A stretch of DNA of 64,000 nt from an uncultured Candidatus Rokubacteria bacterium (GCA_963805625.1 CAWDVE010000010.1:800001-864000), one strand, 5' to 3'. Shown: positions 38,896-48,396, numbered from the stretch's first letter. Numbers and translations are program-made. Notes: generated by a model not told the origin, from the sequence alone.

Positions 38896-39726
38896 TCAGG
38901 CCGGCCAGGTCTGATCGCCGCCGTCGACCCGCAGCACTTGGCCCGACACGTGGCGCCCCGCGTCCGTCACGAAGTACGCCACGGCGTGGGCGATGTCCTC
39001 CGGCCGCCCGTAGCCCTGGAGCGTGCCCACGTGCTCCACGACCCCGGCCTTCGCCTGCCCCGTCGCGACGAAACGAGGCGTCATCGTGCCGCCCGGCGCC
39101 ACGCAGTTGACCGTGACGTTGTAGGGCCGGAGTTGCACGGCGAGGCAGCGCGTGTACTCGTGCACGGCCGCCTTCGCCGTCGCGTACATCACGCCTTCGG
39201 CCCGGCCGCTCAGACCCGCCACACTCCCGAGGTTGACGATGCGCCCCGCCCGCCGCTCGATCATCCCGGGTGCGACCTCCCGGCAGACGTAGATGCACGA
39301 GAGGAGGTTCCGGTCGATCACCGCGCGGAGGTCCTCGAGCGCGATGAACACGCCGTCGTTGTTCGGAGGCCGCCCGCCGCCCGGCCCGGTCGCCCCGGCG
39401 GGGCCGATGTCACCGCCCGCGTTGTTGACCAGGATGTCGATCCGGCCGTACTCGGCGCGGATCCGGGCGGCCGCCGCCTGGACCGCCTCGGGCCGCGTCA
39501 GGTCGGCGGCCACGGCCAGGACGCGCCGGCGCGTGCGTGCCGCCACGTCACGCGCCACCTGGTCGAGGGACTCACCCTCGCCGAAGGCGCGCGCCGACGT
39601 CTGGGTCGTGCCGTGCACGACGAGGTCGGCGCCGAGACGGCCGAGGTGCTCGGCCATCACGCGGCCGAGGCCGCGAGACGACCCCGTCACCCACGCGACC
39701 TGACCCGCCAGAGATGTGTCCGTCAT
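38896..39726 (-). CDS. Short-chain dehydrogenase/reductase
   Basis: TGSSRGLG, NNAGG, YATAK, VDGG. Confidence 0.9.
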   Translation of the reverse strand: MTDTSLAGQVAWVTGSSRGLGRVMAEHLGRLGADLVVHGTTQTSARAFGEGESLDQVARDVAARTRRRVLAVAADLTRPEAVQAAAARIRAEYGRIDILVNNAGGDIGPAGATGPGGGRPPNNDGVFIALEDLRAVIDRNLLSCIYVCREVAPGMIERRAGRIVNLGSVAGLSGRAEGVMYATAKAAVHEYTRCLAVQLRPYNVTVNCVAPGGTMTPRFVATGQAKAGVVEHVGTLQGYGRPEDIAHAVAYFVTDAGRHVSGQVLRVDGGDQTWPA

Positions 39727-39742
39727 GATCTCGATCCCTCTC

Positions 39743-40843
39743 CTACGGCACGACCAGGCGGCCGTGCTCGATGACCTGACGCCCGTTGGCTCGCACCGTG
39801 GCGTCGGTCAGAAAGAACCACTGGTGGTAGCTCGACCGGTAGGGACCGCCCGACTCCGCGTTGTCCCCCACGCTCACGCGGATCACCCCTGCCCCGTAGC
39901 CGTAGTAGGGAATCGCCGGCAGCCCGGGTAGCACCGCAAGCTTGGGGTTGACGCCGACGTTGAACTCGCCGAAGCGGTCGCGCTCGCCGGACTGGGTCTG
40001 CCACACCGCCTCGAGCCAGGCGCTGTGGTGCTGGCTGGTGAGCCGGGTGATGCGGTTCTCCGAGAACTCCAGCCGCACGCTCCCGACCTGGCGTCCCGCG
40101 AAGGTCTCGGCCGGGGTCACCAGGACACCCTCGGTCCGCTGGATGTCGACCGTCCGGATTGCCCCCGCGGGCAACTCGACCTCGCGGTCCCGGGCGCTGC
40201 CTGGTCGCGCGTAGCCATCGATGAACGCCTTCGAGGCGTCGCCGTTGCCCAGATGGAAGTGCGCCCCGCGAAGCTCAAACCGGAGGCGCGTCCCCCGCGG
40301 GTCCGTCACCTCGATCTCGCTGTCCTGGAGCACCTGCGCCACGCGCCGCTGGTGCGCCGTGAGGGCGGCGTAGTCGATCCAGAGCGCGGCGTCGTAGAGT
40401 TCCGACAGGCGCCGGAAGAGGCCGGCGTCCATCGACACGTCCATGATCCAGTGGAAGTGGACCGCCCGCCCCGGCCAGGTCTTGATGATCTCCTCGGTCT
40501 GCCAGACGTTGTACGCCCAGCTTGTCGGAAGCCAGATGTAGACGTCGGCCAGCGCGAAGAGCGCCGAAATCGTCCGATCCTCCATCACCCGCGAGGCCGG
40601 ATCCTCCCGGCGCCGCAGCTCCTTCCTGGCCCGCTCGAGACCAGGCGGGTGGAGCATGTGGACCGCCACCTCCACCGCCCCCGCCCGGTTGACCTCGATC
40701 CGCACGGCCTCGGTGAGCGCGGGGAAGTATGTGGGATCGGCGTGGATCAGCACGCGCTCGCCCGGCGCCATCCGGAGCGCGTCGTGGACGATCAGCTGCG
40801 CGACACGCGTCCAGTCCGTCTGGTAGTCGTACGGAATCCCCAT
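39743..40843 (-). CDS. M29 aminopeptidase (aminopeptidase T)-like protein with divergent metal-ligand motifs
   Basis: PGERVLI, GTRLRF, ELPAG, FGEFNVGVNP, VSVGDN..SGG...S, DATV..NG..VIEHG. Confidence 0.65.
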   Translation of the reverse strand: MGIPYDYQTDWTRVAQLIVHDALRMAPGERVLIHADPTYFPALTEAVRIEVNRAGAVEVAVHMLHPPGLERARKELRRREDPASRVMEDRTISALFALADVYIWLPTSWAYNVWQTEEIIKTWPGRAVHFHWIMDVSMDAGLFRRLSELYDAALWIDYAALTAHQRRVAQVLQDSEIEVTDPRGTRLRFELRGAHFHLGNGDASKAFIDGYARPGSARDREVELPAGAIRTVDIQRTEGVLVTPAETFAGRQVGSVRLEFSENRITRLTSQHHSAWLEAVWQTQSGERDRFGEFNVGVNPKLAVLPGLPAIPYYGYGAGVIRVSVGDNAESGGPYRSSYHQWFFLTDATVRANGRQVIEHGRLVVP

Positions 40844-40851
40844 GGCGCCGG

Positions 40852-40877
40852 AAAGCCCTACGTAAAAGCCCTACGTA
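40852..40877. repeat. Perfect 13-bp tandem duplication AAAGCCCTACGTA x2 covering the kynU stop
   Basis: Read directly at 40852-40864 and 40865-40877. Confidence 0.9.
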
Positions 40878-42319
40878 ATGGTTGGGCGGTCAGACGGGTA
40901 ACGCTCGTAGCGGCGGTCGCGGACGACGCGCGCGATCCGGGCCACCGCCTCGTGAAGATCGGTGAACGAGGTGTAGAGCGGCGCGATCCCCAGGCGGAGG
41001 TTGTCGGGATAGCGGAAGTCCGGCAGCACCGCCATCTCGTCGATGAGCGCCCGGTCGATCCGAAGCGCCTCGGGGTGCCCCAGCGAGATGTGGGAGCCCC
41101 GCCGCGCGGAGTCGCGAGGCGAGTTCAGCGCAAAGCCGAGCGGCTCGAGCTCCCGCTCCCACAGCCGCACGAGGTACTCCGTCTGGGCGACGGACTTCGC
41201 GCGGACGCGGTCCATTCCCGCCTCGAGTAGGAGGTCGACGCCCGGCTCGACCGCGAGAAGCGACAGTACCGGCGGCGTCCCCACCAGGAACCGCAGGATC
41301 CCCGGCGCCGGGCGGTAGTCCGACGCCATGTCGAACTGGTCGCGGCGCCCGAACCATCCCCAGATGGGATTCGCGAGTGGCTCGTGGAGGTCTCCCCGGA
41401 CGTAGAGGAAGGACGGCGCCCCCGGCCCGCCGTTCAGATACTTGTATGTGCACCCGACGGCGAGGTCGGCTCGGGCCCCGGCAAGGCCAATGGGCATGGC
41501 CCCGACGGAGTGCGACAGGTCCCAGAGAGTGAGGGCGCCTGCCCGGTGAGCGAGGGCAGTGACGGCGGCCATGTCGTACACGAACGCCGAGCGGTACGCT
41601 GTGTGCGAGAGGGTCACGAGCGCCGTGTCCCCGTCGATCGCGCGCGCGAGCGCCCCCTCCGACACCGTGAGCCCGTCCTCGGACTTCACGATCACCAGGC
41701 GGTGCCCCTGGCCAAGAAGGTCGATCGCCCCTTGAAGCACGTAGAAGTCCGTGGGGAAGTTCATCTCGTCGGTCACGATGACCCGGCGACCGGGCCGGGC
41801 TCGGAGCGACGCCACCACGAGCTTGAACAGGTTGACCGACGTCGAGTCCGACACGACGACGTCGGCCGCATCCGCCCCGACCAGGCCCGCGAGCTTCGCG
41901 CCGATCCGCTGGCTGGCAGTGAACCAGCCCTCGCCCCACCCCCGGATGAGCCGACCGCCCCACTCGCGCTCGATTGCCTTCCGGAGTCGAGGGCCCGTCT
42001 GTCGGGGCAGCCGCCCGAGCGAGTTGCCGTCGAGGTAGACGAGGCGCGGGTCGCTGACGACAAACTCCCGCCGGAAGCGCGCGAGAGGGTCGGCCGCGTC
42101 CAGGCGGTGGGCCTCGGCGAGAGCGCCCGCATCGCCGGCACCCGCTGGGACCGCCCGGCGGGCGGCCACCGGCGCCGCCGCGGGTGCCACGTGGCGGCGC
42201 CGGCCGACGCCGTGCCTCCGGGGCGCCGCGGGCCGGCGCGCCGACCCGCGGCCGGACGTGTCTCGCGATGCCGATCTGCGCCGGCGCCGACGCGGCTGGC
42301 GCTCCTCAGGCCCCGCCAT
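40871..42319 (-). CDS. kynU: Kynureninase
   Basis: YLDGNSLG, DSTSVNL, NFPTD, WDLSHSVGA, VGCTYKYLNGGPG, RGSH, APLY; start uncertain (conserved core begins ~42120). Confidence 0.93.
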   Translation of the reverse strand: MAGPEERQPRRRRRRSASRDTSGRGSARRPAAPRRHGVGRRRHVAPAAAPVAARRAVPAGAGDAGALAEAHRLDAADPLARFRREFVVSDPRLVYLDGNSLGRLPRQTGPRLRKAIEREWGGRLIRGWGEGWFTASQRIGAKLAGLVGADAADVVVSDSTSVNLFKLVVASLRARPGRRVIVTDEMNFPTDFYVLQGAIDLLGQGHRLVIVKSEDGLTVSEGALARAIDGDTALVTLSHTAYRSAFVYDMAAVTALAHRAGALTLWDLSHSVGAMPIGLAGARADLAVGCTYKYLNGGPGAPSFLYVRGDLHEPLANPIWGWFGRRDQFDMASDYRPAPGILRFLVGTPPVLSLLAVEPGVDLLLEAGMDRVRAKSVAQTEYLVRLWERELEPLGFALNSPRDSARRGSHISLGHPEALRIDRALIDEMAVLPDFRYPDNLRLGIAPLYTSFTDLHEAVARIARVVRDRRYERYPSDRPTIT

Positions 42320-42358
42320 CGACGGCTCTCGCCTCCTCGCGGATCCACGGGCGCGTGA

Positions 42359-43432
42359 TCACTGGCGTCCCTCGGCTCCGCGGCGGGGCCCGGCTCCTGG
42401 CATCCGGGCGGCCGCGGGCTCCGGCCCGATCCGGACGACCATCTTCCCGAAGTTCTTTCCCTGGAGCAGACCGCTGAGCGCCCCGGGAGCCCGCTCGAGA
42501 CCGTCGACGACGTCCTCGCGGTACTTGAGCTTCCCCTGCCGCACCCAGTCGGTCAGCTGGGCCAGGCCTTCCTTGTACCGGGCGGCGAAGTCGAACACGA
42601 GGAACCCCTGGATCCGCACGCGGTTCACGAGCACGAAGCGCTCGTTGCGCGGCGCGAGCTCCGGCTCCGTCAGGTTGTACTGCGAGAGGAGACCGCACAC
42701 GGCGACGCGCGCGAAGAGGTTGACGTGGCGCGACACCGCTTCTGTGACGCGCCCGCCCACGTTGTCGAAGTATACATCGATCCCGCTCGGACAGGCCGCG
42801 CGGAGCGCCGCGTCCAGGTCGGGGGCGGTGCGGTAGTTGATCCCGGCGTCGTAGCCGAGCTCCCTGGTGATGTAGTCCACCTTGGCGTCGGAGCCGGCCA
42901 GGCCTACGGCCCGGCACCCCTTGAGCTTCGCGATCTGGCCGACGAGGCCCCCTACCGCTCCCGAGGCCGCCGACACCACCACGGTCTCTCCGGGCTTGGG
43001 CTGCCCCACCTCGAGCAGCCCGAAGTACGCGGTGAGGCCGGGCATCCCGAGGACCCCGAGCGCAGTGGAGATCGGCGCGACCGTCGGGTCGATCTTCCGG
43101 ACGCCCTTGCCAGCCGACACCGCGTACTCCTGCCAGCCCAGGCGGCCCTCGACGACATCGCCGACGGCGAAGCCCGGGTGGTTCGAGCGCACCACCTCGC
43201 CGACCGTGCCGCCCTCCATGACGTCGCCGAGCGCCACCGGCGGCACGTAGGACCGCGCGTCGCTCATCCGTCCTCGCATGTAGGGGTCGAGCGAGAGGTA
43301 GACTACGCGGACGAGGAACTCTGCCGCGCCCGGCTCCGGGACGGGGGACTCGACCAGCCGGAAGTCACGCTCCGTCGGGTAGCCGACAGGTCGCGCCGCC
43401 AGCCGGACCTGCCGGTGCGTCGTCGGGATCAT
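42359..43432 (-). CDS. NADP-dependent alkenal reductase (PTGR/CurA-like MDR)
   Basis: LSLDPYMRGRM, GMPGLTAYFGL, AASGAVG, DVYFDNVGG, GKNFGK. Confidence 0.92.
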   Translation of the reverse strand: MIPTTHRQVRLAARPVGYPTERDFRLVESPVPEPGAAEFLVRVVYLSLDPYMRGRMSDARSYVPPVALGDVMEGGTVGEVVRSNHPGFAVGDVVEGRLGWQEYAVSAGKGVRKIDPTVAPISTALGVLGMPGLTAYFGLLEVGQPKPGETVVVSAASGAVGGLVGQIAKLKGCRAVGLAGSDAKVDYITRELGYDAGINYRTAPDLDAALRAACPSGIDVYFDNVGGRVTEAVSRHVNLFARVAVCGLLSQYNLTEPELAPRNERFVLVNRVRIQGFLVFDFAARYKEGLAQLTDWVRQGKLKYREDVVDGLERAPGALSGLLQGKNFGKMVVRIGPEPAAARMPGAGPRRGAEGRQ

Positions 43433-44061
43433 GCGACCGTCCCCTCCTTTCGTGCACAAATGGTCGCAGCAAGCCCCACGGCCAGCGAGATCCACAGGAA
43501 CCGGAACCGCATGACGTCGAGGTGCACGCTGGTGAGAAGCACGGCGCCACAGCCCAGAGCCTGATAGCGGGCCAGCTGCCCGGGAAACGCCTGGCCCGGT
43601 GCGGTCCACATCGGCCGCAAGCACAGCACCCAGAAGGCCGCCCAGGCCGCGAGGCCCACCAGTCCCACCTCCGCGGCGATCGTAAGCGGCTCACTCTGCC
43701 CCGTGGCGAAGCCGAGGCTAGCCGGGGCATGCCCCGCCTTCTTCGCCCACCGGAGAATCATCGGCCACGTGTCGGGCCCCCATCCCAACAGGGGCCGCTC
43801 GAGAACGCCCTTCCAGGCGATCCACTTCAGAATGAAGTAGTTGTCGTGGACGTACTCGACCCTGAGATCCAGCGTTTGCACGCCAGTCTCGGGGATCGTG
43901 GAGTAGTAGTGGCTGTCCGTCAACGTCCGGGTCAGATCGCCTGTCCGGGTGAGCTCAGCGTCGGTGATCCGCCACGTCGACAGCGCCATGACGCCGAGGA
44001 ACCCTACGGCGTAGGCGACGGCAAGCGCCCGGGCGGGCGCGGGGCGACGCCGGGGGCTCAC
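43429..44061 (-). pseudogene. O-antigen ligase-like (Wzy_C) protein, C-terminal half only
   Basis: W..VLERPLLGWGP...AAEVGLVGL motif; 210 aa with only one TM before the periplasmic loop. Confidence 0.55.
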
Positions 44062-44078
44062 CGAGCGATCACCGCTGG

Positions 44079-45128
44079 TCAGCCGCCGCGCGTGTGCATC
44101 TCGAGGTGCGGGTCCTGCCGCAGCCCCTCGATCTCGACCAGGACCCCGCGATGCCCGATGACCTCGAGCTCCTTCCGCTCTTCGGCGCCGCGATCACGGC
44201 GCCGTGTCCACCCGCTCGCGATGAGGGCCCGGAGCTCGTCGCGCGACGCTCCGTCCCGGAGGGGCGTCCGGAGGTCCACGCCCCTCTGCGCGTAGAGGCA
44301 GAGATACCAGGTGCCGTCGGCCGTGAGCCGGCTCCGGTCGCAGGTCCGGCAGAAGGGCGTGGTCGTCGAGGCGATGATGCCGAACGTCGTGCCGTCACGA
44401 AGGCGGAACCGCTCGGCCGGGGCGGACGTCTCCTCGCGAATCGCTTCGATCGGCCCGTACCGCGTGGCGAGGCGCTCGAGCATCTCCGCACGCGAGACCA
44501 CCTGCTCCCGGGACCAGTGGGTCGCACCTCCCACGTCCATGTACTCGATGAAGCGCACCTCGGCGTCGACCCTCCGGCCGAACTCCACGAGGTCGACCAG
44601 CTCGTCCTCGTTGACCCCCCGGATGACCACGGTGTCGAGCTTGAGGCCCGGGAACCCGGCCACCCTCACGGCCTCGATCCCCCGGAGGACGGCGGCGTGA
44701 TCGTCCCGCCGCGTGAGCGCCCGGAAGCGCTCCGAGCGCATGGTGTCGAGGCTGACCGTGACTCGGTGGAGGCCGGCCTCCCGGAGCGCCGCGGCCTGGC
44801 TGGCGAGCAGGACGCCGTTGCTCGTCATCGCGAGGTCGCGAACGGCCGGAACGACGGCCAGCAGGCGCACCAGATCCGGCAGGTCTCGACGGAGCAAGGG
44901 CTCCCCGCCCGTGAGCCGAACCTTGTCGACCCCAAGCTCGGTGAAGATCTCCACCAGCCTCTGGATCTCCTCGAATGTCAGGAGATCCCCTCGACGAAGC
45001 CACGCGTACTCTTCCTCCGGCATGCAGTACTGGCAGCGGAGGTTACACCGGTCGGTCACCGACACCCGGAGGTTCCGGAGCGGGCGTCCGAGCGTGTCCC
45101 GGAGGTCAGGACCGGCAGGCGGCGTCAT
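44079..45128 (-). CDS. moaA: GTP 3',8-cyclase (molybdenum cofactor biosynthesis)
   Basis: LRVSVTDRCNLRCQYCM, TGGEP, RFIEYM, FCRTCDRSRLTADG..CL, C-terminal GG. Confidence 0.96.
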   Translation of the reverse strand: MTPPAGPDLRDTLGRPLRNLRVSVTDRCNLRCQYCMPEEEYAWLRRGDLLTFEEIQRLVEIFTELGVDKVRLTGGEPLLRRDLPDLVRLLAVVPAVRDLAMTSNGVLLASQAAALREAGLHRVTVSLDTMRSERFRALTRRDDHAAVLRGIEAVRVAGFPGLKLDTVVIRGVNEDELVDLVEFGRRVDAEVRFIEYMDVGGATHWSREQVVSRAEMLERLATRYGPIEAIREETSAPAERFRLRDGTTFGIIASTTTPFCRTCDRSRLTADGTWYLCLYAQRGVDLRTPLRDGASRDELRALIASGWTRRRDRGAEERKELEVIGHRGVLVEIEGLRQDPHLEMHTRGG

Positions 45129-45245
45129 GGACCTCCATTATGCCGCAGATGCCACGATGGGCGCTCACGACGGCCAACCAGCCCTGCCACCGACATTGCG
45201 GGGGGCGGGCCGCGATTGCTAGGCTATACGACGGGAGGTGCCTCG

Positions 45246-45332
45246 GTGCCCACACCACCGGTCCCCTGGAAGCTCGGCAGGCAGATCGCGCGCAACAGCC
45301 TGAACGGGCCCGAGCGCCTCGGGCGCGCGTGA
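45246..45332 (+). CDS. Candidate small ORF (28 aa)
   Basis: GGGAGG SD before GTG, TGc-TAGGCT promoter-like element upstream; MPTPPVPWKLGRQIARNSLNGPERLGRA. Confidence 0.3.
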   Translation: MPTPPVPWKLGRQIARNSLNGPERLGRA

Positions 45333-45351
45333 CGCCCGGAAGCGCGCGTCC

Positions 45352-46302
45352 ATGAGAAGCGCTCTCATCGGGGCCCTCGCCACCGTTGCCGTCGCAACCC
45401 CGGTGGCCGCCCAGGACCCTCCTCCGCCGTCTGCGGTCCGATTCGTGACGCTGAACGTGCTCCACGGCGGAGCGCTCTCGGGCTGGACCGGGCGGGACAG
45501 CCGCCTCGAGGCGCGCCTCGACCTCGTGAGCGAGGCCCTCCGGGCGCTGGCCCCGGACGTGGTCGCGCTCCAGGAGTCGTCGTGGAGCCGCGATCGGGGC
45601 GAGGTCGCGAGCCGGCTCGCCGGGCGGCTCGGTCTGAACCACGTCTACGCGCCCGCCTCGATGCGGCTCTTCGATACGGGGTGGCTCAACCGGGCTGCCG
45701 CCGCCTTCATGGACTTCTCGGAGGGGCCGGCGATCCTGAGCCGCTTCCCCATCGTCCGCTCGGAGACGCACAAGCTCCCGCGCTGCGGCAGGTGGTTCGA
45801 CCCGCGCGTGCTGCTCTTCGCGGAGCTGGCGACCCCCAGCGGGCTGCTTCCGGTGTTCTCGACGCACACCAGCGGCCATGTCTGCCATGCGGAGGCCGTC
45901 GCCACCCTAGTCCGCGAGCGCCAGGGCAACCTGCCCGGTGTGCTCATGGGCGACCTCAACGCGGTCGAATCGTCCGCAGCGATCAGGGGTCTGGTCAGCG
46001 CGGTGGGCCTGGTGGATGCGTTCCGCACCGTGCACCCGGACGCGCCAGGATCCACGGTCTGGCAGCCCGTCACCGTACCCGAGCGGCGGGCCTTCCGCCG
46101 GGTCGACTATGTGTTCGTCGCTCCGGGCCATCTCTTCCCGGGAGCCATCCTGGAGAGCCGCGTCGTGGTCGACACCCCGGGCCGCCTGCCTGACGGCAGT
46201 GCGCTCTGGCCGTCCGATCACTACGGCGTCCTGGCCGATCTCAGCGTCTTTCCGCCCATTCAAACCGGCGCGACGGGCCAGAGCGATTCCGGACAGGATT
46301 AG
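45352..46302 (+). CDS. Endonuclease/exonuclease/phosphatase (EEP) family protein, secreted
   Basis: Signal peptide; TLNV, ALQE, GDLN, RVDYVF, SDHYGV. Confidence 0.88.
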   Translation: MRSALIGALATVAVATPVAAQDPPPPSAVRFVTLNVLHGGALSGWTGRDSRLEARLDLVSEALRALAPDVVALQESSWSRDRGEVASRLAGRLGLNHVYAPASMRLFDTGWLNRAAAAFMDFSEGPAILSRFPIVRSETHKLPRCGRWFDPRVLLFAELATPSGLLPVFSTHTSGHVCHAEAVATLVRERQGNLPGVLMGDLNAVESSAAIRGLVSAVGLVDAFRTVHPDAPGSTVWQPVTVPERRAFRRVDYVFVAPGHLFPGAILESRVVVDTPGRLPDGSALWPSDHYGVLADLSVFPPIQTGATGQSDSGQD

Positions 46303-46623
46303 AAGGGCGCCCGCCGCCTGGGGAGTTCTGAGCGGCTCCCCGAACAGCGCCCACGCCAAGGCGCCTGCGAGAAGCGGCTGCAGGATGCCGCTCAGCGCCA
46401 CGAACGCCGCCGGCAGATGGGCGAGCGCGAACGTGAGGAGACCCTGGCCTCCAGCATGGGAAACGAGGCCGAGCCCGAGCAGCACCGCCCAGCCCTCGGG
46501 CGTCGCCGGAACCAGCCGATCTCCGGACAGGACCGCGATCGGGATCAGCGCGACGCTCCCGACAAGCCCCGTGACCGCCACGACTCTCGCGGTCGACCAG
46601 ACCGCGCGGAGCCGGCGCGAGAA
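46264..46623 (-). pseudogene. EamA/DMT transporter C-terminal remnant
   Basis: GLVSHAGGQGLLTFALAHLPA...LQPLLAGALAWALFGE.L...Q..GALLILSGIALAR; no start, no nearby stop. Confidence 0.75.
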
Positions 46624-46767
46624 CCTACGCGGGGCGTGCCCGGATCGTCGGCCGGGTCCGGGAGGCCGCCCTGGCGGCCTCGGTGCGGGCTCGTTCCACG
46701 GCGAAATATGGCTGGGGCGACGGCCTGATCGTCGAGCTCCGCCGGCGAAGGCGCGCCGCGTCCGCGG

Positions 46768-46796
46768 TTGACACCGAGACCGCGGCATCCCATCGT
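46768..46796 (+). promoter_or_regulatory. Putative sigma70 promoter for the third Dpp operon
   Basis: TTGACA-N17-CATCGT; SD GGGAGG before ATG 46819. Confidence 0.5.
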
Positions 46797-46818
46797 AGTG
46801 AGCCGGGAGGAACCGAGC

Positions 46819-48366
46819 ATGATCCGCACTCGCACCGTCGCGGTCGCCGCTCTCACCGGTCTTGCCCTCGTCGTCACCGTCGCGCGTGGCATCCACGCCC
46901 AGGCGCCGAAGCGGGGCGGCGTGCTGACGCTCGCCCGCCAGGGTGAGGCGACGAACCTCGACCCCCACAAGGTGCCGGCGTTCACGAGCCACCGGGTCTT
47001 CGAGCTCGTGTACAGCACCCTCACGCGGCTCGGGCCGGACGTCCTGGTCCAGCCCGACCTGGCGGAGAGCTGGACCATCTCGCCCGACGGCAAGCAGATC
47101 TCCTTCCGCCTGCGGGCGGCAAAGTTCCACAACGGCGACCCGGTCACGAGCGCGGACGTGAAGTTCACGCTCGAGCGGATCGCCAACGCGGACACGAAGG
47201 CCGTGGCGCGAGCCTGGTTCGGCGACATCGAGCGTGTCGAGGCACCGGACCCGCGGACCGTGGTCCTCCAGCTGAAGCAGCCGAACGTCGCTCTGCTAGT
47301 CTACCTCGCGCACCCGAACGCGAGCATTGTCTCGGCCAAGATCGCCCAGGCCGCTGGCGGCGACCTGTCGAAGAAGGAGCACGCGATCGGCTCGGGCCCG
47401 TTCCGGCTGGCCGAGTGGGCGCCGGACAACTTCATGCGCTTCGAGGCGTTCCGCGAGTTCTACATTCAGGGGCAGCCGTACCTGGACGGCGTGCGGATCA
47501 ACATCGTTCCCGACGAGGCCGGCGTCGTTGCCGCGCTTCGCACGAAGGCCGCGGACGTGGCCCTGATCGCCGACGCGCGGGTCGCCCAGACCCTCGGCCG
47601 GGACGCGGGCGTCACGGTCAGCGCCAAGCCGAGCTTGAACTACCATCTCCTGTTCCTCAACACGAAGCGGAAGCCCCTCGACCATCCGAAGGTCCGTCAG
47701 GCGATCGCCTACGCGATCGACCGGAAGCAGATCATCGACACCGTCGCCCTCGGCAGCGGCGATCCCACCGGCCCCCTCCCACCCTCGCTCACCCAGTACG
47801 CGGTGCCCGTCGGCGACTACGAGCTCTACCGGCGGGACGTGGGGAAGGCGCGCCAGCTGCTCCAGGAGGCCGGCGTCGGGCCCGTGAGCCTCACGATCCT
47901 GACCCAGACGACGGAGCCCGTGTACGCCAAGGACATCGCCCAGATCGTCCAGCAGCAGCTCGGCGAGGCCGGCATCCGCGTGAACATCGAGCTCCTGGAG
48001 TTCGGCCAGTGGGTCCAGCGCTGGCTCAAGGCCGACTTCGACATGGCCCCCGGGCTCAACTCGGGACAGCCCGACCCCGACTTCTATCTGTTCCGGTACT
48101 TCACGAACGACGGGAACCTAAACTTCGTCCATTCTTACCAAAACGACGCGTCCAGCGATGCCATCAAGCGCGCCCGGACGGTCGCCGATCCCGCCCGGCG
48201 CCGGGAGCTCTACGCGACCGCGCAGAAGGAGCTGGTCGCCGGCGTCCCGTTCGTCTGGCTATACGTCGGGCGCGACTACGTCGGGCTCCAGCCGAGCACG
48301 AAAGGCTTCGTTCACCTCCCGACCGGCTCGATCGCCTACCTGCGCCAGACGTGGCTGGATAAGTAA
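46819..48366 (+). CDS. Family-5 ABC substrate-binding protein
   Basis: Signal peptide, PKRGGVL, LDPH, PDLAESW, KFHNG.PVTSADV, VRQAIAYAIDR. Confidence 0.9.
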   Translation: MIRTRTVAVAALTGLALVVTVARGIHAQAPKRGGVLTLARQGEATNLDPHKVPAFTSHRVFELVYSTLTRLGPDVLVQPDLAESWTISPDGKQISFRLRAAKFHNGDPVTSADVKFTLERIANADTKAVARAWFGDIERVEAPDPRTVVLQLKQPNVALLVYLAHPNASIVSAKIAQAAGGDLSKKEHAIGSGPFRLAEWAPDNFMRFEAFREFYIQGQPYLDGVRINIVPDEAGVVAALRTKAADVALIADARVAQTLGRDAGVTVSAKPSLNYHLLFLNTKRKPLDHPKVRQAIAYAIDRKQIIDTVALGSGDPTGPLPPSLTQYAVPVGDYELYRRDVGKARQLLQEAGVGPVSLTILTQTTEPVYAKDIAQIVQQQLGEAGIRVNIELLEFGQWVQRWLKADFDMAPGLNSGQPDPDFYLFRYFTNDGNLNFVHSYQNDASSDAIKRARTVADPARRRELYATAQKELVAGVPFVWLYVGRDYVGLQPSTKGFVHLPTGSIAYLRQTWLDK

Positions 48367-48374
48367 GGCCGCGC

Positions 48375-48396
48375 GTGCGGCCCTCCGGGGCCGCAC
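48375..48396 (+). other. 9-bp stem with 4-nt loop after the SBP gene
   Basis: GTGCGGCCC-TCCG-GGGCCGCAC. Confidence 0.6.
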
